From the NCBI GenBank assembly GCA_020184695.1, contig JAANOX010000044.1, positions 1 to 36,327 of the forward strand: a stretch of 36,327 nt of DNA. Direction: 5' to 3'. The notes beneath the pieces were generated by a model that made no database searches, had not been told where the DNA came from, and worked only from the letters and a program-made list of their open reading frames with translations. A program made the translations under genes and the position numbers. Positions 1 through 11,227 of this stretch are shown here, in pieces. Positions within the stretch are counted from its first letter, which is position 1. The number at the start of each line of letters is the position of its first letter. This DNA comes from Histomonas meleagridis 2922-C6/04-290x. Taxonomy: Eukaryota > Protista > Parabasalia.

Positions 1-1
1 A

Positions 2-574
2 TCGACAAAAGTGACATTCAGGAACGTTAAGGAGCCAAACGTTCTCCTCAAACCGAAACCGTACGATGTGGTGAACGTTAACGACGGTTTGGACTTGTTA
101 TGGACAAATAATTATACGAAACTTAAGTACGGATTATATAACGAAAAGGTTTCTGTTGACGTGATTGATATTGAAACAAATGAAATTATCTCAAGCCAAA
201 ATTTCTTGGTTGGACCTGATTCCGGTGGATTACATGTTCCATTAGAAAAGGAATGTTTGAAGTGCGTTGTAACTATTACACCAGTGTATGAAGCTGAAGA
301 AAATGCGTGCGCTTCGTTTATTGCGCCATTTAGTGCTGTGAACCAATCGAAAGCACCTGGAAAGTTCCCACTGAACTTAAACGTAAATGGAAAATGCGGT
401 GTGCCAAATGGAATTGTAGTTGATGAAAATACATCAAAGAAATGGGTGATCCCTGTTGTTGTGGTCGTTGTTGTTTTAGTATGTGTTGTGGTTGTTGTTA
501 CTATAGTGTGCTTATGCAAAAAGAAAAATTCAAACAAAAGAGAAATATTGAGCAAAGAAATCGATTTAGTATAG
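2..574 (+). CDS. 5'-truncated single-pass (type I) membrane protein, C-terminal part
   Basis: Frame is open from position 2, so the start lies upstream of the window. Val-rich transmembrane segment WVIPVVVVVVVLVCVVVVVTIVCLC is followed by a KKK stop-transfer, a short tail and TAG TAA. Confidence 0.75.
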   Translation, partial: STKVTFRNVKEPNVLLKPKPYDVVNVNDGLDLLWTNNYTKLKYGLYNEKVSVDVIDIETNEIISSQNFLVGPDSGGLHVPLEKECLKCVVTITPVYEAEENACASFIAPFSAVNQSKAPGKFPLNLNVNGKCGVPNGIVVDENTSKKWVIPVVVVVVVLVCVVVVVTIVCLCKKKNSNKREILSKEIDLV

Positions 575-2040
575 TAAAAAATATAGTTATGTGATGTTGA
601 AGATCTTTGATTTATTTAATGAGTTTGTAAATAATTTATAAATTTGTGGAAATTAAGAGTTGTTAAAAGGAATTAATTTATAATTATGCATAATCTTGAA
701 ATACAGAAATAGAACAGACCATAGTTGGTAAGCGCGACGTTTGCTATGGATTTATTTGTTTAATAAGTAGTTTGCCATGATAATGATAATATTTTTTTAT
801 AAGTTGAATAAGGTTTATAGGATTAAATTTGTTGTTTGTTGTTTGGTTTTGAGAATTCGATTAAAATTTGTGTGGATGAATTAAAATTTATATTGGGATT
901 ACTTCCGTGAATAAAAGTAGATTCTCACTTGCTAAAACACTTACCAGAATGGTTTCCACCGTAATCACAAAATGTTGTTTCAAAATAAAATTGCATTTTT
1001 TTTCTTCCTTTTAAAAACATAACAAAAATTAATATTCCATGTGATTTTAGATTACCTTTTTAGAGTGGATTTTTGCGGTCATAACCATTTTTCGGGCAAA
1101 CTCTTGGAAATGTCCATTCAGAAATTTTGTAATTACTTTTTCTAGCTTGCACACTTAAAATATCCAAAAACATTTCAATCAAAACTACTTTGTCTATATA
1201 GATTTAAACTTATAAAATATATTTGCACATATGTAAAAATTTATATTATCATTGGTTTTCAGAAATGAGGAAAAATAAATTGTGCAATTTTCTCAAATAT
1301 TTTCAATTTAGAGAAAAGGTGAATTAATTGTAAAATTACATACTAACGAGTATTTCCGTACAATAGTACTTAAAGTTGTTTCTAAAAATTTAAAGATGAA
1401 TTTTATATTAGAGATATTTTTTTAATCAATTTGTATAATTCTAATTTTATTATATTTTAAAAAAAATTTCTAATAGCTATTAGATTGATTTCGAAATCGA
1501 ATTTGAATGAAAGCACGAGTAAAAATCATTCAAATTGCTCTTATCGTTACCATAAACAGTTAACATGGATATATTTAATTAAATAATATAATCTAGAAAC
1601 ATCAAGATTTTAGTAACTTAATATAATAAAATGAAACATTTTTCAATATTCCGAGGGAATTTTTATAGGAGAAAAGAAAAGATTAAAAAATTTAATGATT
1701 AAAACAGTATTTTCCCAGGAAAAAGTTGTCACCATATCGAAAATTATGTAACAAATTTGTTACATGATTAATGAGTTCGAAAAATTCTGATTTCATTCAA
1801 AAGAAAAATAGAAAGGAATAAAGTGCATAAATTCGAGACACTTTTCAAATATAAATAACGTATTTTTCGAGGCAAGCATTCGGTCAGCGTTTATTCGGGG
1901 CCACCCCGGCAGAGTTTTTTAAAATTAATATGTCTTATCAAATGACCAATGTTTTTTCGTCCGTAAACTATTCAATTTTTACAGAAAATGTTTATAGTTG
2001 TCAGTTGATATTTTCACTTCATTTTTCATTTGTATTCAAC

Positions 2041-3273
2041 ATGATCCTATTGCTTTTCATTCATTCATTAAGTTCCTCATTTGATACTGGCACAGGTATT
2101 TTTAATTTGGATAGTTATGATACCACTGATAATCAGTATCATAATGATCCAAATTTGAGATCTCAGGTAACTACTTTAGTCATTTAAAGTGGAGTCACAA
2201 CAATTAAGGGAAATTCTTTTGAAAATTGGGGATGTACAAGTGTTGAAATAGAAGAAGGAGTCACAACAATTTCAGAATATGCCTTAATGAATTGCAAATC
2301 ACTTCAAACCATTTATATCCCTAATGGCTTAACACAAATTGACTTTAAGGCTTTTTTTGGTTGCATAAGTCAAACATCTTTCTCTGTGAGTCCTGATAAT
2401 CAATATCTGACAGTTAATGATGGAGTACTTTATAATAAGAACTTAGAAACATTATATAGTTATCCAAAAGGTAAAACAGACGCATCATTTACAATTCCTT
2501 CATCTGTAACAGGTTTACAAATCTATTCATTTTATAAATGCACTGACTTAGGGAATGTGATAATGACTGATTCTATTGCTTTTGGTTCTTATGTTTTTGC
2601 TTTCAGCACAGCATTGAAAAGTGTATCTTTTTCAAGTTCTTTATTCTCTATTTCTGAAGGCTTGTTCTAAGGATGCATATCACTTCAATCGATAAATATT
2701 CCAAAATGTAGAACAATCATGAACAATGTTTTTCTTGATTGTACAGGCTGAGAAACAGCAGTTATTGTATGTGATTATTACATTTACCAAGGTTCATTTA
2801 CACGTTGTTCAAGTTTGAAAACAGTTACACTTCCAGATAGTTTAACTACAATAGGAGCAAGTGCATTTCTAGAATGTTCATCATTAGAAACAGTTGAGAT
2901 TGGATCATATGTTAAGGAAATTGGAAATGATGCATTTAGTGGATGCACGAATCTTAAATGCATATATTATAATGGTTAAGCTGAACCAAGTAAAATGGGA
3001 ACTAATGTTTTTGCAGGTGTTACTGCTGATTATGTTATAGTAATAGTTACATATACAGGTTCAACATTTGGAGGATTAAGCACTCTTATAGGCACATTTG
3101 AGGATTGTATACCAGCAACGCCATCAGAGTCTCCAACAGAATACCCATCACCAACAGACTCAGCAACAGAATCAACAGAAAATAATGGAAGCAAAACATA
3201 TGTAATGTCCGCTGTATTAATGATCGTAATGAGAGATTTCTGTGAAAATTTATGGTATATGGCAAATGATTAA
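2041..3273 (+). pseudogene. BspA-like (TpLRR) leucine-rich-repeat surface protein with four in-frame stops
   Basis: ATG 2041 (MILLLFIHSLSSS, signal-like) is preceded by Inr-like TCACTT at 2014. One frame carries repeats such as CSSLKTVTLPDSLTTIGASAFLEC and DNQYLTVNDGVLYNKNLETLYSYP, then a P/T/S/E-rich stalk. Stops: TAA 2185, TAA 2668, TGA 2749, TAA 2977. Track ORFs 1930, 2287 and 2995 are pieces of it. Confidence 0.85.
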
Positions 3274-3337
3274 TAATACTCAAGCAATATTTGATGAAAA
3301 TTTCATTATGCGAAAGAGAAACAACAAAAAAATGAAA

Positions 3338-3460
3338 TTGGAAATTATTTAAATTATTTTCTACAGCACTTATTTTTGGCATCTTCAAAAGGCCATACAG
3401 AAATAGTTAAATTACTTCATCATGTCGAAATTGTTAAATTAATTCGTGAAAAATCGCCAA
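3338..3460 (+). pseudogene. Orphan ankyrin-repeat fragment with the 3' half of the ankyrin spacer
   Basis: ttggaaattatttaaattattttct (3338-3362) followed by aca gca ctt att ... gca tct tca aaa ggc cat aca gaa ata gtt aaa tta ctt (TAL..ASSKGHTEIVKLL, 1-nt shift). Matches the units at 18-19 kb and 30-31 kb. Confidence 0.7.
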
Positions 3461-4030
3461 GTAAATGTACGTTTTGTAAATTTACATGAAAAGGTGTCGG
3501 TCTTTAAAAAACATAAAGATGATTTCAAAGTATAAACTGGTTGTAAAAAACATCGATTCCTTTGCATAAAAATAAGTTACAAATATGATATTTCAGTAAG
3601 AAATAAGATTTTGGCGAACTCTGAAAAAAAAAATAAATCAACCCAGATGCTACTGATTTTTTACCAATCGGAGAAAACACAGAAGAAACATGTTTCATTT
3701 AATCCGTGTGAGTATGCTTTAATTAGTTTCAGTTGAGGCTATTATAGTTGTTGATTCTACAAGTACTTGTTCTATTGAATTGGTAAATTCACATGACTGT
3801 TAAATTTTGAATGCTACTGATTTTTTACAACCACATTTTTTTGAATGCATGAACCGTTTTTTATGGTTTTCCCACAACAAAAGTCCCAACTTTTCACTTC
3901 ACAAACATGCTCTTGAAACGAAAAAACATAAAAAAAACGACTTATTTAATTGAAATTTAAATGTGTCGTATTTAGATTGGAACATTCAAATTTCAATGCA
4001 AAATTGTGAGCATAAAAGTCATTTGTTTTT

Positions 4031-4633
4031 ATGGGAAATCGTGTCAGCAGAATTACTTTCAAAAAAGATAAGCTTACAAGAAAAATGGTTGATGATTTAT
4101 AGAAATCAACCCATTTTACAGCAGATGAAATCAGAATTTTTTATTCGAAATTTAAAGACCTTATAAAAGAATATAAGCATAATCCTGGAATCAAAATGAA
4201 CAGCTTTAAAGATATTTTTGGCATCTCAAGTAGGGAATTAGCTGAACTTACCTTTTCGGGATTTGATCTTAATGGTGACGGTGTTATTGATTTTAATGAA
4301 TTTATTCATGGATTTTCATCAATTTGCGAAAGAGCACCTCAAGTGGAAAGATTGAAATTTGGTTTCAATATGTTTGATCTTGACAAAGATGGTTTTATAA
4401 AAACAAGTGATCTCAAAGAAATCATGCAACTCATCGCAAGTCAAAAAATGTCGTACCTTCCTTCTGATCAAATCGAAGTTTTGGTTGAAACAGCAATCCA
4501 AAACTTTGATCCTGATCAGAAAGGAACTATTGATTTCGATACATTTAAAATTAATGTTTCAAAGTATACATTTTTATCTAATATCGGTAGTGTTGATTTA
4601 AATAAATACTTATCAAATGATCCAAAGAAGTAA
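4031..4633 (+). CDS. EF-hand calcium sensor, neuronal calcium sensor/calcineurin B-like, with N-myristoylation motif; one in-frame TAG at 4100-4102
   Basis: EF-hands DLNGDGVIDFNEF, DLDKDGFIKTSDL and DPDQKGTIDFDTF. The same frame extends upstream through one TAG to ATG 4031 (MGNRVS...DDL*KSTHFTADEIRIFYSKF). Inr TCATTT at 4019-4024. Confidence 0.8.
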
Positions 4634-5238
4634 CTTCAGTTTTGGAAAAATTATTTTATTATTGAATAAAAATATTTTCCATTGGAATTTGTTCTTTTTT
4701 AAAATGATAGTAAGAGTGTTTAAATATATAATAAACAAATTAAATCTTTTACTCAATTTTTAAAAATATTACAAATAAAAGCTGAATGAAATTGTAAGAA
4801 AACACATTTTTTTTTAGTAGAAGACGTGATAAAATATATAATGCGAAAGGGTAAATAAGTATTAAACTAAATTTAAAAAGTGTTTAAGAAGAAAGTATGA
4901 TCAAGCATGCAGTTTGATATTCGACAAAACCAACACTTGATCTTAATGCAGGGAGATACATTTCATTAGACAAATCAGATAAATTTGAAAATTTCAACTT
5001 TATCGAAATTAATTTCTTTTGTGATAGGTATATAAAAAATATTCTAAAAATTTGGTTGATGGAACAGCGATTAGTTATATAAGTGCAAATTGTTGGAATG
5101 TTATAAATTCATATATCGTTACCTCAAAGAACTCAATCAGTTCTGAATCTTCCAATGAATCGAACCAGCTGTCTAATTTTCAAAGATAGTTAAAAATAGC
5201 TTTTACAATACAATAAGCACAAACTTAAATGTAGTAAA

Positions 5239-6126
5239 ATGAACCATGTAACAGTGTATTTAGATCCAACGATTAAGAACAAGATATTTTCATTGCAAAG
5301 ACATTCGAAAGAAAGTGGACTGGATTCAGCTAGGCCTTTGGCAGGAATTGGATTTTATTGGAAACATTTGTATCGTTCACTTAAACGTCTTCTATGTAGA
5401 ATTATGTCTGCTGCATTCGAGACAAATTTTGGCTGCCCTAGCCAAAAACAGTCAATCCAGATCAACATGCATCCAACACTTGGGAAAAACGAGGCATGGT
5501 ATTTCAGGGATGATACAAATTGTGTAAATGGTCCTTTCGAACCTCAAACACTCCAACTTTGGGAAAAATGCGGCTTAATTTCTATGGATACACCCGTTTT
5601 TGAATCAACAACAAGTCAGCCGATCCTTCTTTCAGAGTTAATTTCAAACAAAAATTTACCTGATATAAAGCTAAAAGAAGGAGAACAATGGACTGTATTT
5701 TCTGAATCAAAAATGCCTTTTAGTGCTCTTAAAAATCGTCTAAATAAATGTTTATCATCACGACATCAAGTAACCGATCTCAAGTTTTTCAATATTGTAA
5801 CACCAGCTCAATCTGCATTAAATAATAGGTGTGTAGAGTTTGAAGAATTTTTAGAACAAATGGGTGAAATTCCAAAAGAAATCAAAGATTTAAATCTTAA
5901 TAAGTTTGCTGAGCCTTTTGCATACTGGACATACAAAACAATTTTAGCGTTTAACAAAGATGTTACGTATCAAGAGATAAAACAATTGATCATTGAAACA
6001 GATCCATCAAAATCTAAACAATTTATTTTTTCGAAAATCCCACAGGAAAAGGACGCGCTGAAGGTATTTAATACGTACAATCAATGGAGGATATTTATTC
6101 CAGTATTCGAAGAAGATCAGAAATAA
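5239..6126 (+). CDS. Hypothetical protein with a central GYF/GYF_2-like domain
   Basis: 295-aa ORF. WYFRDDTNCVNGPFEPQTLQLWEKCGLISMDTPVF fits the W-Y...GP(F/Y)....L..W...G pattern. Confidence 0.6.
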   Translation: MNHVTVYLDPTIKNKIFSLQRHSKESGLDSARPLAGIGFYWKHLYRSLKRLLCRIMSAAFETNFGCPSQKQSIQINMHPTLGKNEAWYFRDDTNCVNGPFEPQTLQLWEKCGLISMDTPVFESTTSQPILLSELISNKNLPDIKLKEGEQWTVFSESKMPFSALKNRLNKCLSSRHQVTDLKFFNIVTPAQSALNNRCVEFEEFLEQMGEIPKEIKDLNLNKFAEPFAYWTYKTILAFNKDVTYQEIKQLIIETDPSKSKQFIFSKIPQEKDALKVFNTYNQWRIFIPVFEEDQK

Positions 6127-6283
6127 TTTGAAATCTAATATAATTAATTGTAAATATTTAATAAACAAAAAAGCTTAAATATCATGTTGTAACTGAAAAA
6201 AGAAAGATATTTTTTGTTTATGAAGATTATTTTCAAAAATAAAAATTTTTACATATATTCCAAACAAACAAAATAAAAACTGA

Positions 6284-6601
6284 TCAAATATGGTCCTCAA
6301 ACTGGGTTTGCAGGAAGTTTGCTAATTTTGTTTTCACTTCATTTGCTATATTTTCTGGGAAGATTTCACGAGCTTTAGCAGCAACATGATCATAGAGAAT
6401 ATCGGGTGTTATGTTATCTATTCCAATATCTGTAATTAACTGATGACAGATTTGTTTGATTTGTTCTTTCCATTCTTGAATTTCTGAACTTTGATTTAAA
6501 TAAGCACGTATTCTTTTTGACTCGCCTCTACTTTCTAGAGCTGCTTCAACTTCTGCTCTGACTTCGGAATCTGGAACATTTTCCCATTTAATGCTGGTCA
6601 T
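6284..6601 (-). CDS. ENY2: ENY2/Sus1 (SAGA DUB module/TREX-2 subunit) homologue
   Basis: 105 aa. LESRGESKRIR..L......WKEQIKQIC..LI...G...IT.D.L......KAR..FPE....EV...L..FL matches the ENY2 pattern. Confidence 0.75.
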   Translation of the reverse strand: MTSIKWENVPDSEVRAEVEAALESRGESKRIRAYLNQSSEIQEWKEQIKQICHQLITDIGIDNITPDILYDHVAAKAREIFPENIANEVKTKLANFLQTQFEDHI

Positions 6602-6934
6602 AACAAACTGTCACTTTTATGTAAACAAAAAAATTCATGAAAGAAGTTTTTAGTAAAAGACAATGATTTATGCATGTATCATGCCATTTTTTTTGATGTG
6701 TGTTAGGAATTGATATATTTATTCTAAAAAGAGAAAAAAATTGATATATAAATAAATTTTTCATTTTTTAGAATTTAAAATTGCTTTTAACGAAGTACAT
6801 TAACATTAGGCATTAATAGCTTCTATTATATAGGAATTTAGTCTTTGTAAAAATGATATAAAAAAGAAATTTTTATATTTTTAGATGATGGTGATTAAAT
6901 GTAAAGTATTCAATTCGACGCTTGTCATATCCAA

Positions 6935-7294
6935 ATGTTCAAGACAATGACAGAAGAACACAAAACATTACAACAACAAAAAAGGCAACAGATGAAAGAA
7001 CTTGAAAATCGAATTGTCAATGAATCAATCCCCACTCTTAGTGATGCAATTTTTTCAGAATTAAATGAAGGATCTACTAAAATTGTAGAAAACCAAAAAG
7101 AAATTGATCAAAGATGCAGAGCAGTTAAAGCAGAATGGCAGAATTTCAATAATGAATTAGGAAAATGGGCACAATTGATAGATAACCTTGACCGAGAAAT
7201 CAAACAGATTGGAGATGTTCGTTCCTGGTCTCAACAAATACAAACAGAGGTTGAAGCTATTATTCAGCAACTTTCTAATAAGAATCAATCTTGA
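6935..7294 (+). CDS. BLOC1S1: BLOC-1 subunit 1 (BLOS1/GCN5L1) homologue
   Basis: 119-aa coiled coil with EH..Q near the N-terminus, LN.G...NQK.ID, and W..LIDNL....KQIGDV.SW...I, the characteristic K-x-IGDV-xx-W motif. Confidence 0.8.
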   Translation: MFKTMTEEHKTLQQQKRQQMKELENRIVNESIPTLSDAIFSELNEGSTKIVENQKEIDQRCRAVKAEWQNFNNELGKWAQLIDNLDREIKQIGDVRSWSQQIQTEVEAIIQQLSNKNQS

Positions 7295-7499
7295 AATAAA
7301 TTTCTTTAATAATTAATTATTTGCGTTTTCAAGAAATTGAGTTTTTTCTTTACATAGGTTCAATGTAGGGGTAATTTTTTATTGATCTATCAAATATTGT
7401 AAAGATTTACTTATTTTATTATTTTCCATTTTAGCATCATATCTTTTTATTGTAATTTTATAATCTTTCAATAATCATTATAAAATACACAAATACATT

Positions 7500-8110
7500 T
7501 ATAACATTTTATCATCAATGAATATTGTATCTTATCTTTTTCGTTCAATATGTTTGCAATGTATTAAGCTCTATATCAAACGAATCACCCCAATAATTTG
7601 TGTGATTTTTGAATTCTTCGTAACAATCAGCCGGTATACGGTATAGCAATTAACTCTCAAGATAATTCCCTACTACAATGCCATCATTATTTTAGAAGCA
7701 TGAGGATTTATTTAAATTGATTTTTCCACTTGGATTAAAAATGTATAATCATGATATGTATCTGCTTTTATCTTTCATTGTAATTGCATTATCGTTTTCG
7801 ATATAAGAAACTCGTGTTTTAACAAATTCATGTACATCTTTCGTTTATGAAACATTTAATAGAGCTTGTACCCATTCAAAATTTTCAATTTCTGGAATGA
7901 TGTAGATGTATTTGTTAAATTAAACCATTAATTGTTAAGATATGGATTTTCTTCTTGAGCTTTAATATATTTGCTCCTAAGTATAAAAAATAAACAAGAA
8001 AAGTATAGGAAAACAATGATGAAAAGTATAATTGGAAATGATGAAGCTCTTCTTGTTTTCTTGATTAAATCTGAAAACTGTTTTGGATATTCCATCTTCT
8101 GGAGAATCAT
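7500..8110 (-). pseudogene. Possible decayed gene for a type II membrane protein
   Basis: Track ORF 7928-8110 has a hydrophobic anchor (FPIILFIIVFLYFSCLFFIL). Downstream, coding-like text continues in another frame with several stops (IPEIENFEWVQALLNVS*TKDVHEF...). No family recognised. Confidence 0.25.
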
Positions 8111-8919
8111 ATGGTGGTAGAACTGTATTTAAACCAATTCATATTTTATTTCTTCATCATTATAAATGAAGTTGTTTCATATAATAAATTCATTTTCCAT
8201 ATGGAAAATGTCGGCGCATCAAATAATACAATTCCTTCTATGTTTCCAAAGGACAAATAAATAATTTCAAAATAGAATGTAATTGGTTTGAATGTGTTGA
8301 ATGTTTAAATTGGTGAAACAGTTTACAATAAATTCATTCTATAGTTATATAGAAAATATATTTTCTATAAGGTAACCTTCTTTTGAATCATTCTGCCACT
8401 AAAAACGAAAATTTCTTAAAAAAATCTTAGTAGTGAAATAATAAAATTTTCTAGTTAGGCTACAAATTTTTTTAAATCTTATAAGTGTTATGACAAAAAT
8501 ATAATAAATTTTCCATATTTATTTGATTCAAATATGATATTATGATCACTATTAGAAAATCACAATTAGAGAACACCAAAAAAACACTTTTTCATGTGTA
8601 AATACACAATATTTTCAATGAGTTTATTGAATTTATTTTTCTGAAACTTTTCTTAAACATCACTTTGATAATATATTTTAATAAAGAGTGGAATCCTGTA
8701 AGATGTCCAATGACAATTCGATTAGAAATGCTGTCCTCTATATTTAAAAAACACTAAATTCATCATAGTCTTTATTTTTGACATTTTACTTAACCTTTAT
8801 AAAACTTTTGAAAAAGTCGAATCTTTCTGAGTTTATATTAGATGTAAATTGAAATTGAAACGAAATATATTTTGCCGGATCAAACCAAACAAAGCTCACA
8901 GAAAACATCCAAACAAATA

Positions 8920-10647
8920 ATGTTTTTACTTTTTTTAATATACAAATCATATGGAAACATACAAAAGACATACAATATTGGCACTGAGCAAGTTCTTCTT
9001 GCTGGTTCGTTAAGGAGTTATCATCGTCCAATTCCATATCACTATTATGATAATGATGTTTTTTGCATGCCACAAGGAATTGAAGGAGAAAAAAAAACTA
9101 TTGGAGAAATAATTACTGGAGAAAGTATTCATTCAACTCCATATACATTTAAATTAGGAGAAAGGAAATATTTTACTACAGTTTGTACCAAGAAATATGA
9201 TGAAAAACAAATTTCTTATCTTACAAAGCTTATTGATGATGGGTATTACTTCAATTTTATGTTTGATAATCTTTCATGCTCAACAAATTCAGATAATCAC
9301 AAATTGATTCCAGGTGTCAGTATTGGTTTTTCCATAAATGGGAAACATTACATCAATTCTGATCTTAGTTTTCTTATTCATTTATCATCATTGACAGGTG
9401 AAACCACAATCAATGGTTTTGATGTTATATCCGCCAAGCCAACAATGAAATCCAATACACCAGTTGCTCTTGAAGACGGTGAAGAAATCAGTTACTCTTA
9501 TTCTATTCTTTTTGACGATTCTATTCCATCAACAGATACAATCAGAAATCAGAGATTCATTAAAAAAGAAATTTCACCAAAACTATGTTACCAAACACTT
9601 CTTTCAGTTATTCTTTCTATAGCTATACCTATTCTTATGGTCTCTTGGGTCACTTATACTGAGAATTCTGAAGTTGATACTGATTTCGATGAATACGAAG
9701 GATTCGAGTGGAAGCTTATTCATGGTGATGTCTTTCGTTCGCCCAACAATTCTGCGCGTCTCACGACCTTCTTTGGGTGGGGAATTCAGATATTTTTCTC
9801 GATAATATTAACCATTATCCAAATCGTCTTACACATTGCTGGCACTCAATTCAGTTCGGTTCTTACGGCGTTTATGAATTCTTTTGTTCTTTCGGCCTTT
9901 TTTGCTGGATTTATTTCATCAAAGATGTTCAAGACAATTGGCACCACTGGGTGGAAATCTGTTATACTGAAATCTTCTTTTGGCCTTAGTGGTATTGTTA
10001 CGCTTATCTTTTTCGCCTTTTCTCTTCGCATGAAAACACTTTCATCATCTGTATCGTTCCCGGTTTCGACGGTTATTATCTACTTTTTCACTGATTCACT
10101 TTTCTATTTTATTGGTTCGTTACTTGGTCTTAAATCGAAGCCATTTGAACTTTCGCAAAAAGTAAATCAATTACCACGTCAAATTCCACCATCCAATACT
10201 ATTTTTAAGCGAAATATAATTATCATTATTGGATCTGCATTTGTATTTTCACTTATATACATCGACGTATCTGTTTTCTTCGAGATCGTATGGAACTACC
10301 AAAGCATTTCCATTACAGGTCTTTGCGTTGTTCTCGGAATCATTCTTTGTATTTTGCAATCAATTGATTTGGGAATTATGTTGACATTTTTCTTGCTCTC
10401 CAAGGAAGACTACAGATGGTGGTGGCCTTCATTTGCATCTGGAGCTTCTGTTGGAATATATTTTATGTTATACGCAATTGTGTATTGTATCAAAAGTTAT
10501 GTTCCATTAGATAGCAACTCACTAATGATATACATAGGAATAAACGCCATTTACGCAGGAGCATTGGCATTGGTATGCGGCGCTTTCTCGTTCATTGGAT
10601 CTTTCTTCTTCATAAAAAGAATATATAATTCCTTAAAAATGGAATAA
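8920..10647 (+). CDS. TM9SF: Transmembrane 9 superfamily / endomembrane protein 70 (nonaspanin)
   Basis: WKLIHGDVFRSP, EDYRWWWPSF, multiple TM helices and C-terminal IYNSLKME (KxD/E motif). The track start at 8872 is TTG; the first ATG (8920) begins a signal-like MFLLFLIYKSYG. Confidence 0.92.
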   Translation: MFLLFLIYKSYGNIQKTYNIGTEQVLLAGSLRSYHRPIPYHYYDNDVFCMPQGIEGEKKTIGEIITGESIHSTPYTFKLGERKYFTTVCTKKYDEKQISYLTKLIDDGYYFNFMFDNLSCSTNSDNHKLIPGVSIGFSINGKHYINSDLSFLIHLSSLTGETTINGFDVISAKPTMKSNTPVALEDGEEISYSYSILFDDSIPSTDTIRNQRFIKKEISPKLCYQTLLSVILSIAIPILMVSWVTYTENSEVDTDFDEYEGFEWKLIHGDVFRSPNNSARLTTFFGWGIQIFFSIILTIIQIVLHIAGTQFSSVLTAFMNSFVLSAFFAGFISSKMFKTIGTTGWKSVILKSSFGLSGIVTLIFFAFSLRMKTLSSSVSFPVSTVIIYFFTDSLFYFIGSLLGLKSKPFELSQKVNQLPRQIPPSNTIFKRNIIIIIGSAFVFSLIYIDVSVFFEIVWNYQSISITGLCVVLGIILCILQSIDLGIMLTFFLLSKEDYRWWWPSFASGASVGIYFMLYAIVYCIKSYVPLDSNSLMIYIGINAIYAGALALVCGAFSFIGSFFFIKRIYNSLKME

Positions 10648-11227
10648 AACGAAATATTGTACAGATACAGCAGAAATCAATAAACTTATTAAAGAAATTC
10701 AATGTTAGAAATTGTTTATTATCATTATATTTATTGGGCGAATATTAGCTCGTTATTCATGTCTTCAAAAAAATGGTGTCAACTGTGCAAAGAATAATGT
10801 TTTTATTATTTCTGGATCTCACGAATTTTTTTCATATCAGTTACTATAGGAATAGATATATAATAACACATTTGTTAGGGCACAACTTATGTTATACACA
10901 AAAAAGGATGTTTTAGATAAGGATTTTGGAAGAGTTTATTTGTTTGTTTGTTTTCTTATATTTATATTTTCCAAAATTGAACGCATTAACCGTCTCGATA
11001 AGACCGATAGAATGACTAAACTGATGTTCGAAAATGGTGACTACTTTTGATCGTTTTTAACAGAAATACCATTCAAAAAGTTGGATTTGGTGTCACCCAA
11101 CCACCAGATTTTATTGGTGAGGTTAAGTCAAAAAACCATCGGATTTTATGTGAAAAATGATCGTTTCCGCTTGCAACAGAAACGTTAATTCAATGCATGT
11201 GAAGCGTTTTTTAACCAGAAACAGAAA

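Noticed and set aside
112-555. Antisense ORF with a poly-Thr tract
   Set aside because: It is the mirror of the Val-rich transmembrane segment on the + strand.
2041-5238. Stop-codon reassignment (TAA/TAG = Gln), suggested by in-frame stops in the BspA, EF-hand and TBC genes
   Set aside because: INO1, TM9SF, C2-TerD, CAP and the transposase total over 2500 codons with no internal TAA/TAG, and they end on TAA right at the expected C-termini. The BspA stops also include a TGA.
4897-5238. Upstream extension of the GYF_2 gene from ATG 4897 through five stops
   Set aside because: The stop density is not clearly below chance for this base composition, and no recognisable motif is present.
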